Both the position numbers and the translations under genes were made by a program. From assembly GCA_963803805.1 (NCBI GenBank), contig CAWDOD010000007.1, forward strand, positions 128,001 to 192,000: a stretch of 64,000 nucleotides of DNA. Direction: 5' to 3'. The first letter of the stretch is position 1, and every line of letters starts with the position of its first letter. The DNA is from an uncultured cyanobacterium (GTDB lineage Bacteria; Cyanobacteriota; Cyanobacteriia; Cyanobacteriales; CAWCAG01). The notes under the pieces were generated by a model. The model was not told the DNA's origin and ran no database searches. It was given only the letters and a program-made list of their open reading frames with translations. Positions 1-9,896 of the stretch are shown piece after piece.

Positions 1-463
1 TGCTTACGGTTTAGACCTTTTGGCTGCTATCTTAGCTAGCGGTCGTTCCTCAAGATTAGTACGGGAGTTGCGGGAAGAAAAACGCCTCATCCAAGATATT
101 AGCTGTGATTTTTCTCTCCAGCAAGATTCCAGCCTCTTCACCATCAGCGCTTGGCTAGATCCAGAAAATTTAGAAGAAGTAGAAACTATTATCTGCGATC
201 GCTTGCACCAACTGCAAATAACTCCTGTTCAACCAGAAGAATTAAATCGCAGCAAGCGCCTACTATGCAATGATTTTGCCTTTTCCACGGAAACCCCAAG
301 TCAATTAGCGGGTTTATACGGTTACTACAACACTGTAGCCACAGCCGAGTTAGCCCTGATCTATCCCTTTGGTATCCAAAAAACAACTGAGTTAGATTTA
401 CTACGTATCGCCAATCAATATCTTTCACCAGAACGATATGCAGTTACAGTAGTAAATAATTGA
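1..463 (+). CDS. M16 family (pitrilysin/PqqL-like) zinc peptidase, C-terminal part (5' end outside window)
   Basis: Motif 'LASGRSSRLVRELREEK' is typical of the M16 C-terminal domain; lies directly upstream of a second M16 gene. Confidence 0.85.
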   Translation, partial: AYGLDLLAAILASGRSSRLVRELREEKRLIQDISCDFSLQQDSSLFTISAWLDPENLEEVETIICDRLHQLQITPVQPEELNRSKRLLCNDFAFSTETPSQLAGLYGYYNTVATAELALIYPFGIQKTTELDLLRIANQYLSPERYAVTVVNN

Positions 464-475
464 TAAAATTAATAA

Positions 476-1741
476 TTGATCATGGCCGTGGAGCAAACTC
501 AGAAAATTCATAGTAAAGTTTTAGCTAACGGTATCAAAATACTATTTGTCGAAAACCCTGCTGCGGATATTATTTCTGGCCGTATTTTTTTTAAAGATGC
601 TGGCATGAGGGAGATGTCCCGCGAAAAGGCAGGGCTAACTCATTTATTGGCCTCTGTCATCACCAAAGGAACTCAGGGGTTATCCTCAGCCCAAATAGCT
701 GAACGTATTGAATCTGTGGGGGCAAGTTTGGGCGCAGATGCAGCAGCAGATTACTTTTTAATCAGTCTTAAAACTGTTTCTCAAGACTTCCAGAATATTT
801 TTCAACTCGCCGGGGAAATTCTGCGCTCACCAACTTTTCCTCAAGAAGAGTTTGAATTAGAACAACATTTAACGATACAAGACATTCGTTCCCAGCAAGA
901 GCAACCTTTCAATGTCGCTTATAATCAACTACGGCAGTTGATGTATAAACAACATCCCTATGGAGTTTCTATCTTAGGTACACAAGAAACTGTTTCTAAA
1001 TTAACGCGCCAAGACTTGCAGGAATTTCACAAAACTTATTTCCACCCCAGTAAAATGGTAGTGAGTATTTCCGGTCGCTTGAAGCCGGAAGGGGCTTTCA
1101 AATTAGTGCAAGAAACCTTTGGAGATTGGCAACCTCCCTCAATTTCTGTTTCCAAGCAAGAAACCCCTAATATTAATTCCCAGCCAGAAGTTGGAACCAT
1201 AATCCAAGATACCCAACAAAGTATTGTTATCTTAGGCTATCTAGCTTCATCAGTTTATCAACCTGACTTTTTTGCCCTCAAACTTCTCAACACCTATTTA
1301 GGTAATGGTTTGTCAAGTCGTTTATTTGTAGAACTGCGAGAGAAGCGAGGCTTAGCCTATGATGTCTCTTCTTTCTATCCTACCAGAGTTGATAACTCTC
1401 AATTTGTAGTTTATATAGGAACAGCACCAGAAAATACGGAAATTGCCTTAACTGGCTTGCGCCAAGAAACAGAACGTTTATGCAACATTGAGTTAACACC
1501 AGAAGAATTACAAACAGCTAAAAATAAGCTTCTAGGTCAATATGCGTTAGGGAAACAAACCAACTCAGAAATAGCTCAAATTTATGGTTGGTATGAAACC
1601 CTCGATTTAGGAGTAGATTTTGATGTTCAGTTTCAAGAAGAAGTTTCTAGAGTAACACCTCAAGAAGCTCAAGAAGCTGCTTGTCGCTATTTCGGTGAAC
1701 CCTATGTATCTATAGTGGGGCCAGTGGGTGATCAGCAATAA
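476..1741 (+). CDS. M16 family peptidase, probably the non-catalytic partner subunit
   Basis: M16 motifs (LANGIKIL, GLSSRLFVELREKRGLAY); the HxxEH zinc motif is replaced by 'HLLAS'. Confidence 0.88.
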   Translation: MIMAVEQTQKIHSKVLANGIKILFVENPAADIISGRIFFKDAGMREMSREKAGLTHLLASVITKGTQGLSSAQIAERIESVGASLGADAAADYFLISLKTVSQDFQNIFQLAGEILRSPTFPQEEFELEQHLTIQDIRSQQEQPFNVAYNQLRQLMYKQHPYGVSILGTQETVSKLTRQDLQEFHKTYFHPSKMVVSISGRLKPEGAFKLVQETFGDWQPPSISVSKQETPNINSQPEVGTIIQDTQQSIVILGYLASSVYQPDFFALKLLNTYLGNGLSSRLFVELREKRGLAYDVSSFYPTRVDNSQFVVYIGTAPENTEIALTGLRQETERLCNIELTPEELQTAKNKLLGQYALGKQTNSEIAQIYGWYETLDLGVDFDVQFQEEVSRVTPQEAQEAACRYFGEPYVSIVGPVGDQQ

Positions 1742-1834
1742 TCGCTAATAACAGCTTATAACTACTTAAGCAAAATTAGAGTCAAGGGAACAGGGAAGGA
1801 ATTGATACCTTTGCCCTCTTCCCCTGTAACCTGA

Positions 1835-2152
1835 TTAGGTAGTTGCTTTTTGACTAACCCCCCCAGTAGATTTAGTTTGGGCAAATTTAGGAACCATCTC
1901 TTCTTCTTCTAAGGGTGCAAACTCAATATGATTGAGTAAGGTTGTCACAAAAGCAAAGACGAGGAAGGGTAGAGATAATACCAAAACAATTCCGACAGTG
2001 GCTAAGGCAAATATTTGGCGAGTGCTACTCCACAGGGCAAGAGTTGTTGCTAGGCTAATGAAAATGACGATTAACCAGACAATTATTTGTCCATAAACGT
2101 CGCCGAAGCTTAAGGTGCAGATCAAGCGGTACTTAGGAAATTCGTTGTCCAT
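1835..2152 (-). CDS. small conserved cyanobacterial membrane protein (2 TM)
   Basis: 105-aa ORF with two hydrophobic segments and 'CTLSFGDVYGQII' motif. Confidence 0.7.
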   Translation of the reverse strand: MDNEFPKYRLICTLSFGDVYGQIIVWLIVIFISLATTLALWSSTRQIFALATVGIVLVLSLPFLVFAFVTTLLNHIEFAPLEEEEMVPKFAQTKSTGGVSQKATT

Positions 2153-2261
2153 AGCTTAATTACTTAACTTTCTCTCTAATTTTGACACTAAGTTATTGAA
2201 GAGGTTTCTTGAGAATATCTAAAGGTTTTTTCAAAAAGTTGCTATGACATGACCAAAAAAA

Positions 2262-2348
2262 CGGAGAGGGAGGGATTCGAACCCTCGACACCCTTGCAGG
2301 TGTAGCAGTTTTCGAGACTGCCGCATTCAACCGCTCTGCCACCTCTCC
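2262..2348 (-). tRNA. trnS: tRNA-Ser (anticodon CGA), long variable arm, CCA not encoded
   Basis: Reverse complement GGAGAGGTGGCAGAGCGGTTGAATGCGGCAGTCT-CGA-AAACTGC...GGGTTCGAATCCCTCCCTCTCCG; acceptor stem, T-loop GTTCGAATC and discriminator G present. Confidence 0.96.
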
Positions 2349-2387
2349 AAAGATGTTAGGTTATTAATATATTACCTTGTCTTTCAA

Positions 2388-4691
2388 CTATAATCCTGAA
2401 GCATCGGCATCAACAATATCTAAATTGCTTTGAAATCCATCTTCAGGTATCCATTGAACAGCACCGTTGCGACTTGTCCAATATAACTGAGTTTGTTTTT
2501 TCTTTAGTTCTTCGGTGATTTCCGCTTCCAAAGTACTGGCAGAGGCGATCGCTACTTTAGGTTTTAAAAAACTTAGCCAGGTTTTTCTAAAACTGTCCCC
2601 ATTCCAGATGATCACTTGGGGGGCAGATTCTGGGGTAGAGGTAAGTTTTTGTAAGTACTGATTGATGGCTTCAATTTGAGTATTGAGTTTACTTTGTCCG
2701 AAAATTAACCATGTCTGGTTACGGATCTTGAGTTGCAAGGCGGGGGGATCGGCACTAATTAATTGCATTACTACTGAGGCAACCGCCGTAGGTTGTTTGA
2801 GGGGGAGAGGTTGTGAGGATGTTGAGGAGAGGTTTTTGGTGGCAGCTTCGGTATAAAAGAAGTTTTGGATTGGCATCTGGGCAAATATTTCTTGCCAACC
2901 GCTAGTTAAATCTGGTTGAAATTCTAAAGCAACTGCCCAATCTATTTTATTTATGCCTTCTTGTTGCAGAAAGGGTATGACTGTAAATAAAGCTGTATTA
3001 TCATTGCCGCTATTAATGAGGGTGACTTTACCTTGATCTTGAATTACTAAAACCTGCTCTTCATCTGCTGCTAAGACGGTAACTTGGAATAAGCCTACTT
3101 GTTTTTGGACTATGGGGATGGTGATAATCAAAGCTGCAAATAAGGCCGCTAGCCACCAACGACGCTGAAGCCATTTGCTATAAAAGACGAAAATGATCAC
3201 ACCGTAAAGTAGTAGTACAGAAGCTAAGGAAATGCTCCCTACTGCACGGGTACTTCCTGGTAAGTTGGTGAAAAACTCTACTATGGCAATGAGGAAGTGG
3301 ATTGGGTAATAAAGTAGGGAGGCAGCATAGGTTCCGGCAGTAGGTACAATTAAAGCAATTAAGGCGCTTATCATGCCCCCCAAACTAACTAAGGCAACTA
3401 TTGGGGCAGTAATAATATTAACGGCGATACTATAGGTGGCAACAATGTTGAAGTAATAAAGTTGCAGGGGTAAAACCCAGGGGAAAATTGCCAGGGGAAC
3501 AGTGATGATTGAAGCGATGGTTGGGGGTAGCCAATCTAGCTTTTTCAGGAGGGGAGGGAGGGTGACAATTAAACCCAAGGTAGCTAGGAAGCTTAATTGG
3601 AAACCAATATCAACAATCCAAGTTGGTTGCCATAACAACAGGAATATAGCAGCTAATAATAAGGAACCTAATTGTCTGACTTTTCTTTGGGTTAATAGGG
3701 CGATTAAAGCCCCAATACCCATGATAAAAGCCCGCATTACCGAGGGCTGACATCCCGTCAAACCGACGTAAATAAATAAGGTGGCTAGGGCAATGATAAA
3801 TCGTGTTCGCACCTTGAAAGGGTGAGTTAAACCTAAAACCACCCCCAAGATTAAGGAGACATGGAAGCCAGAAGCAGCTAAGACATGGGCTAATCCGGCT
3901 TTGATAAACAAGTCACTAATATCTTTGGGTAAATCAATTGCCCGTCTCCCCAAAACAATGGAACTAAGTAATAAACCTTCCGGGCTACCTAATGAAGCTA
4001 CTTGCGATTTATTAATACGTTGGCGTAATTGCCACAAACCCCAATTCTTTTCTTGGTTTACTTCCGGGAAAATAACCTGCTTACCATTAAAACCAGCGAA
4101 TATACCTTGACGGGCTAAGTAAGCTTGAAAATCAAATGCCCCTGGATTTAAAGGAGGTTGAGGGGTGTATAAAGTTCCAGTTATGTATAAAATTTGCTGG
4201 GGATGTATCCCCGTACCTTGGAGTAAAGGAACTGTTACATACAATTTCCCTTCTACCCCTCGATTCACTGCCTTCTTACCTTCCTTGCCCTCTACTTCAT
4301 TAACCCTTTGGGCAGCTAATAAAAACTGCGATCGCTGACTGCGAGTAGTACGAGGGGAGGTTAAGACTCTGCCTTGCACTGTAACCAACTGTTCTTTTTG
4401 GGGAACTAATTTGCTAACATCATTATTTGCTGGTTGCGGGATTCTCAGTTGTAAATAAATCACAGCAACAGCCGCAATTAAACCGGCCACAAGCCAAACC
4501 CCTTTTTTGGGGCCAGTTTTCCAAACTTTGGGTACAAGGGCTGTCATGACAATACCTAGTACCACAAACCCTAAACCTGCACCTCCTACAGTTAACCAAG
4601 AGTTAAACTGAGGAGCAAAGTTGATAGCTGCACTGATGAGGAGTCCAGTTATGTAAGCAAGGCAAATAATGGTAGTGCTTTTACGATTCAT
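2388..4691 (-). CDS. comEC: ComEC/Rec2 competence DNA-uptake channel
   Basis: 'NPGAFDFQAYL', 'GLAHVLAASGFHV', 'PSVMRA' and 'GFQLSFLAT' competence-domain motifs; ATG at 4691 preferred as start. Confidence 0.93.
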   Translation of the reverse strand: MNRKSTTIICLAYITGLLISAAINFAPQFNSWLTVGGAGLGFVVLGIVMTALVPKVWKTGPKKGVWLVAGLIAAVAVIYLQLRIPQPANNDVSKLVPQKEQLVTVQGRVLTSPRTTRSQRSQFLLAAQRVNEVEGKEGKKAVNRGVEGKLYVTVPLLQGTGIHPQQILYITGTLYTPQPPLNPGAFDFQAYLARQGIFAGFNGKQVIFPEVNQEKNWGLWQLRQRINKSQVASLGSPEGLLLSSIVLGRRAIDLPKDISDLFIKAGLAHVLAASGFHVSLILGVVLGLTHPFKVRTRFIIALATLFIYVGLTGCQPSVMRAFIMGIGALIALLTQRKVRQLGSLLLAAIFLLLWQPTWIVDIGFQLSFLATLGLIVTLPPLLKKLDWLPPTIASIITVPLAIFPWVLPLQLYYFNIVATYSIAVNIITAPIVALVSLGGMISALIALIVPTAGTYAASLLYYPIHFLIAIVEFFTNLPGSTRAVGSISLASVLLLYGVIIFVFYSKWLQRRWWLAALFAALIITIPIVQKQVGLFQVTVLAADEEQVLVIQDQGKVTLINSGNDNTALFTVIPFLQQEGINKIDWAVALEFQPDLTSGWQEIFAQMPIQNFFYTEAATKNLSSTSSQPLPLKQPTAVASVVMQLISADPPALQLKIRNQTWLIFGQSKLNTQIEAINQYLQKLTSTPESAPQVIIWNGDSFRKTWLSFLKPKVAIASASTLEAEITEELKKKQTQLYWTSRNGAVQWIPEDGFQSNLDIVDADASGL

Positions 4692-4782
4692 TTCATCAAT
4701 GATCAATGTACAGCTTGCTGTTGCCGTTAGGCATCAGTTTTTAATGATGTCTTCGGCAAGGGTAAACCATACAGTGTAAGGC

Positions 4783-4977
4783 TTGCTGTTAACAATTAGT
4801 GGTCAAATTTCACCTGTTATCTTTTACCAAGATCACCCTTTTCCCCTCCCTTCATTAATTTTTATCACCGCTTTTGGAGTAATGGGTTTAAGCTTACCTA
4901 AGTTTGGTCGAGTCAGCAAAATTCTTTATACAACAGTTGAATTTACACTAATTATTCTGGCAGGAAATTGCAGATGA
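4783..4977 (+). pseudogene. relic of the N-terminal membrane region of a cyanobacterial sensor histidine kinase
   Basis: 'HPF...IFITAFGVMGLSLPK...SKILYTTVEFTLIIL' resembles, from recall, the TM N-terminus of NarX-type cyanobacterial kinases; no kinase domain follows. Confidence 0.5.
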
Positions 4978-5126
4978 TTATGTTTCTCAAGCTTTGAAGT
5001 TAGGAGTGAGGGGCTATTTTCTCTAAAGATACTCCTTCTAAGGGATTAGCGATCGCCATTCGTTCTATTCAAAAACGAAAGGAAGCTGACCAAACCTGGA
5101 GAATCAACCTCCCCGCCACCCCAAAA

Positions 5127-5924
5127 TCAATAGGGCTTCTGACCTAAAAAATTACCAGGGGGATTGTAGTTGCAGACCCAAACTTCTCGACCATTACTCC
5201 TCGCCATAGCACAACCTACTTCCGTTGTTTTTGACCAAACAACTTGGGTATAGTGACCACAGACTTTACCAGAGGCGCAACTATTGGTGGCATAGTCATA
5301 ATCTTTAATTTCTTCTCCCCACATTTGTACTACTCTTTCAGGAGAGAGTTGCTGTCCCCAAGCAGAAGCAAGGTTTTCTCCGTAGGGAGAGTTGAAGCGA
5401 TGTTCTAAGTTATCTTGTTTAATTAGTTTATTGGCCCAAGCTTGGGCATAACCCGCTAGTTCATCAGACCAACTTAAAGGAGCAACGCCGTGATTTTGTC
5501 GCCATTGGTTGTGGGCATCTAACATTTGTTCAATACCTGCTGAAGAGGAAAGATCGTAGACATTGGTAGCAATACCTTCTGCTTGAGCTTCTTCTAAAGA
5601 TTTGATGCGATCTAATGTAACTCCTTGTTCTGTAATGCCGCTATCTAAATAGGCAACGGTATACTTCCAACCTCCTCTGGTATTGTACCCATAACCCATT
5701 AACCGGGCTTCTTGCCAACTACCATTTTGTAAGACATAGACAGGCTTGCCATCAAGGGGATAGGGGGGTTGTTGGGCAAGTAACATGGGCTTTGATGTGG
5801 CAGGATTTTGATTAGAGTTTCGTTGTGGCGCTCGCCCTTGGGCGGATAAATTATTGTTAAAGAGAGTAGCAACAAAGGCGATGGTGGCGATGGTAATTTG
5901 GGAGAATTGTTTTTTTGTCAGCAT
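5127..5924 (-). CDS. secreted CAP/SCP (PR-1-like) protein with an extra small N-terminal beta domain
   Basis: Signal peptide; 'LDAHNQWR', 'YGENLA', 'CGHYTQVVW', 'VGCA' and 'CNYNPPGN' CAP motifs. Confidence 0.92.
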   Translation of the reverse strand: MLTKKQFSQITIATIAFVATLFNNNLSAQGRAPQRNSNQNPATSKPMLLAQQPPYPLDGKPVYVLQNGSWQEARLMGYGYNTRGGWKYTVAYLDSGITEQGVTLDRIKSLEEAQAEGIATNVYDLSSSAGIEQMLDAHNQWRQNHGVAPLSWSDELAGYAQAWANKLIKQDNLEHRFNSPYGENLASAWGQQLSPERVVQMWGEEIKDYDYATNSCASGKVCGHYTQVVWSKTTEVGCAMARSNGREVWVCNYNPPGNFLGQKPY

Positions 5925-6053
5925 CTAGGATTCTTTAGTAATAATTTTTCCCTATTCAGTACAGATTAAATTTTAGGAACCTAGGTTCCTAAAATTTTTC
6001 TTATTGCTACTTTGTGGTTTTCTATAGAGTTTATTACTCCTTTATTAGTCGTA

Positions 6054-6162
6054 TAGTAATAGTCCTTAACTTCTTCTCCCCACATTTGTACCACTCTTTC
6101 CAGGGAGATTTGCTGCCCCAAAACTGAAGCGAGATTTTCTCCGTAGGGAGAGTCAAAGCGAT
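6054..6162 (-). pseudogene. fragment of a second CAP-domain gene
   Basis: Encodes 'RFDSPYGENLASVLGQQISLERVVQMWGEEVKDYYY', closely matching ~5293-5401 of the neighbouring gene. Confidence 0.85.
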
Positions 6163-6398
6163 AAAGAGTAAGCAATGCTGCTGCTTAACTTAAAGCTACC
6201 AACTTTGTCGAAATACCTTAACTCCCTTAGCTACAGAAGTTTGCAGATTATAAATTGCTATGAGTATGGCACAATAAGATACGTTAATTAAATATCACTT
6301 GTAACGAAATTTCATTAAATAACGAGCTTTCTAATCACTCACAACCTGGAAAGCCTAGCTTAAATTTTGTTTTTTGATGGGATAATACTATAACTAAT

Positions 6399-7481
6399 AT
6401 GACTGTAACTGCTCCAGCACCGCCAAAAACTCGTCGCGTCGTCTTCCCTTTCACAGCTATTGTTGGCCAAGAAGAAATGAAATTGGCTTTGTTATTGAAT
6501 GTGATTGACCCTAAAATTGGTGGGGTAATGATCATGGGCGATCGCGGCACAGGTAAATCCACTACCATTCGAGCCTTAGCAGATCTTTTACCAGAAATTG
6601 AGGTAGTAGCAGGAGATCCTTTTGGTAGTGACCCTCAAGATCCCGAATTAATGAGTGACCAAGTTAGGGAACAGGTAGAAAAACAACTTCCCTTAACCAC
6701 CGAAAGGAAGAAAGTGCAAATGATTGACCTTCCTTTAGGTGCTACCGAAGATTGAGTTTGCGGCACTATTGATATTGAAAAAGCTCTTTCAGAAGGGGTC
6801 AAAGCTTTTGAACCAGGACTTTTAGCTAAAGCAAATCGAGGTATACTTTATGTTGATGAAGTTAACCTCCTTGATGACCACTTAGTTGATGTACTTTTAG
6901 ACTCAGCCGCTAGTGGTTGGAATACCGTAGAAAGAGAAGGTATTTCGATTCGTCACCCAGCACGTTTTGTTCTGGTCGGTTCAGGCAACCCGGAAGAAGG
7001 AGAATTGCGTCCTCAATTACTTGATCGTTTTGGGATGCACGCCGAGATTCGTACAGTTAAAGAACCAGCCTTACGGGTACAAATTGTTGAACAAAGAGCA
7101 GAATTTGACCAAAACCCCCAAGAGTTTCTTATAAAATATCAAAATGACCAAGAAGAATTACAAACTAAACTAGTCCAAGCTAGGGAAAGTTTATCGCAAG
7201 TAGAAATGGACTACGAAATGCGAGTAAATATTTCCGAAGTTTGTTCAGAGTTAGATGTAGATGGACTACGAGGAGATATTGTTACCAACCGGGCAGCAAA
7301 AGCCCTCACCGCATATGAAGGACGTAAGCAAGTAACCGTTGACGATATTCGTAGAGTTATGACCCTTTGTCTACGCCATCGCTTACGTAAAGATCCCCTA
7401 GAATCTATTGATTCGGGTTATAAAGTACAGAAGGCCTTGAGTAGAGTCTTTGGTTTAGCTGAAGAATCAATAGATCAATGA
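6399..7481 (+). CDS. chlI: magnesium chelatase subunit I, interrupted by one in-frame TGA at 6753-6755
   Basis: One frame reads GDRGTGKST...[19 protein letters not shown]...[15 protein letters not shown]...[19 protein letters not shown]; the ORF track splits it into 6399-6755 and 7005-7481. Confidence 0.95.
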
Positions 7482-7649
7482 TTAATGATCAATGGAGTTC
7501 TTGGTTTAGCTGGAGAATCAATGATGCCTAACAGCAACGACAAGCTGAACAACGCTCAATTATGAGTTGTAGGGGCGACCAGTTTTCCAAGTATGCTTAA
7601 CAAACCAGAGTTAAAATTGGGTCGCCTGTCAGTTATTAATGATGAACCA

Positions 7650-8432
7650 ATGGCTGAACCGCTAATAGAATTAAAGGGAATTAGTAAATCTTTTGGCAGT
7701 AATGTCATTCTTGACAATATTGATTTGACTATTAATAGAGGAGAGGCACTGGTTATTATTGGTCCTTCTGGTACGGGTAAATCAACAATATTGAGAATAA
7801 TTGCTGGTTTGATGGCTCCCGATAGCGGTGAGATTTATGTTAAGGGTAAGCTTAGAAGAGGGTTAATTGAAGATAATCAAGATCCTCTTGGTATTAGTAT
7901 GGTTTTTCAGCAAGCAGCCTTATTTGACTCCTTAACTGTAGGGGAAAATGTTGGTTTCTTGCTTTACCAGCACTCTAATCTTCCTAAAGCCAAAATTCAG
8001 GATTTAGTAGAAGAAAAGCTTGAAATGGTAGGTCTAACGGGAATTAGCGATACTTTCCCCGCACAGCTTTCTGGAGGAATGCGTAAGCGAGTCAGCTTTG
8101 CTAGGGCAATTATGGCCAACCCAGAAGATGTCAATAGCAATCCTGAAATTATCCTCTATGATGAGCCTACAGCAGGTCTAGACCCCATTGCTTCTACTGT
8201 AATTGAAGATTTAGTACGTCAGCTTCAAGCTGTCTCTCAAGGGTGCGGTACTTATGTTATGGTGAGCCATCAACAAAGTACTATTCGCCGTACTGCTGAC
8301 CGGATTATCCTTTTGTTTCAAGGCAGTATCCAGTGGCAAGGAGAAGTGGAAGATATTGATAATACAGAGCATCCTGCCATTAGACAATTTTTTAGTGGTA
8401 GTCTCGATGGCCCGATCAAGGTAATTGATTAA
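7650..8432 (+). CDS. ABC transporter ATP-binding protein, MlaF/TGD3 type
   Basis: Walker A GPSGTGKS, LSGGMRKRV signature, 'YDEPTAGLDP'; next to an MCE gene. Confidence 0.9.
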   Translation: MAEPLIELKGISKSFGSNVILDNIDLTINRGEALVIIGPSGTGKSTILRIIAGLMAPDSGEIYVKGKLRRGLIEDNQDPLGISMVFQQAALFDSLTVGENVGFLLYQHSNLPKAKIQDLVEEKLEMVGLTGISDTFPAQLSGGMRKRVSFARAIMANPEDVNSNPEIILYDEPTAGLDPIASTVIEDLVRQLQAVSQGCGTYVMVSHQQSTIRRTADRIILLFQGSIQWQGEVEDIDNTEHPAIRQFFSGSLDGPIKVID

Positions 8433-8462
8433 TTACAATAATCCTAAAGTTGAGGAGAAAAA

Positions 8463-9890
8463 ATGCGCTCTCGAACTATGCGGGAAGGTTCTGTTGGTTT
8501 ATTAATCTTGGTAGCACTAGCTTTATTTGGTGGTCTGATTGTTTGGTTACGTGGTGTGGACTTTGGTAAAAGTAGCTATGATGTAACCATCAAATTTAAT
8601 GATGCTAATCGTTTAAAAGTAGGGGCCCCAGTACGTTATTTAGGAGTAGATATTGGTACAATCACCAGCATAGTACCCGTTAGTGATGGGGTTAATGCCA
8701 CGGTGGAGGTTACGGATGCTGATCTGAGAATTCCTACAGATGTAATTATTCTTGCTAATCAATCGGGGTTTATTGGTGAAACCTCTGTGGATATTAAACC
8801 CCTTAAGGATGACCTATCGTTACCTTTAAATAAGTCTACTCAGCCGACTAGCAAACAATGTGATTCTACTTTAATTATTTGTGAAGGCGATCGCATCCCT
8901 GGACAGATTGGTTCTAGTTTTGATGAATTGCTTTTAGCTAGTTTGCGTTTTGCAGAAATTTATAGTAGTGAAGAGTTTGTTGCTAACATTAATAACCTGA
9001 CCAAAAATGCTAATGCTGCTGCTTCTCAAGCTGCGGTTTTGAGTAAGGAATTAGCTTTACTTTCTCGCCAAGTACGTCAAGAATTAGGTGCTTTTACCGG
9101 GACTGCTAAATCTATTACCAGAGCAACAGACCAAACTTCTGCTCGTTTAGGAATTGCTATCGATAAACTATCTTTAAATGCTGATGTTACTAGTGCTGAA
9201 CTTGGTAATACTGCTCGTCAATACGGTTCAACGGCTGTGCGTCTTAATGAATTAGCAACTAATGTTAATAGTTTAGTAGTAGATAATCGTGGCAGCTTGG
9301 TAACAACCCTCAATAGTCTTGGTACAGTTAGCAATGAAATGCGTGGCTTAGTCGCTAACTTAAATTCTTCTTTGGATGCTAATAGTAGTAGAAGATTAAT
9401 TAACAACCTAGAAACTCTCACTGCTAATGCGGCTCAAGCATCAAATAATTTAGAAGCTTTGACAGCTAATGCAAGCAATTTAACAGCTAATTTAGAAAAT
9501 ATTACCAGTACTTTTAGCGAAGAAGAAAATTTACTTTTATTGCAACAAACCCTTGACTCCGCCAGGGTGACTTTTGAAAATGTCCAAAAGATTACTTCAG
9601 ATGTAGACGAACTTACTGGTGATCCTGAATTTCGTAATAACTTATTAAAGTTAGTCAATGGCTTAAGTAATTTAGTCTCTTCTACAGAAATATTAGAGCA
9701 ACAAATTGAAACAGCTAAAGTCTTAGATTCAGTTAATGTTGCCATTGAAAATTCAGAAGCAACTTTGGTGGATTTATCGGCTATTCCTCAAACCGATACT
9801 CAAACCTTCCCCCTCTACACTTCGAGGATTTCACGTTTTTTAACCAGTCAACAACAAGAAACTTTAAATAAAAGAACAATCAAAAAATAA
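8463..9890 (+). CDS. MCE/MlaD (TGD2/Ycf22-like) lipid-binding protein
   Basis: 'REGSVGLLIL' TM anchor, 'LKVGAPVRYLGVDIG' MCE motif, long helical tail. Confidence 0.9.
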   Translation: MRSRTMREGSVGLLILVALALFGGLIVWLRGVDFGKSSYDVTIKFNDANRLKVGAPVRYLGVDIGTITSIVPVSDGVNATVEVTDADLRIPTDVIILANQSGFIGETSVDIKPLKDDLSLPLNKSTQPTSKQCDSTLIICEGDRIPGQIGSSFDELLLASLRFAEIYSSEEFVANINNLTKNANAAASQAAVLSKELALLSRQVRQELGAFTGTAKSITRATDQTSARLGIAIDKLSLNADVTSAELGNTARQYGSTAVRLNELATNVNSLVVDNRGSLVTTLNSLGTVSNEMRGLVANLNSSLDANSSRRLINNLETLTANAAQASNNLEALTANASNLTANLENITSTFSEEENLLLLQQTLDSARVTFENVQKITSDVDELTGDPEFRNNLLKLVNGLSNLVSSTEILEQQIETAKVLDSVNVAIENSEATLVDLSAIPQTDTQTFPLYTSRISRFLTSQQQETLNKRTIKK

Positions 9891-9896
9891 GAGTAA

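Noticed and set aside
2262-2348. tRNA-Ser as an integration site of a genomic island
   Set aside because: No integrase and no duplicated tRNA 3' end found in the window
6753-6800. Selenocysteine or genetic-code reassignment for the chlI TGA
   Set aside because: The position is a conserved Arg rather than Cys or Trp, no evident SECIS-like hairpin follows, and TGA ends many genes here
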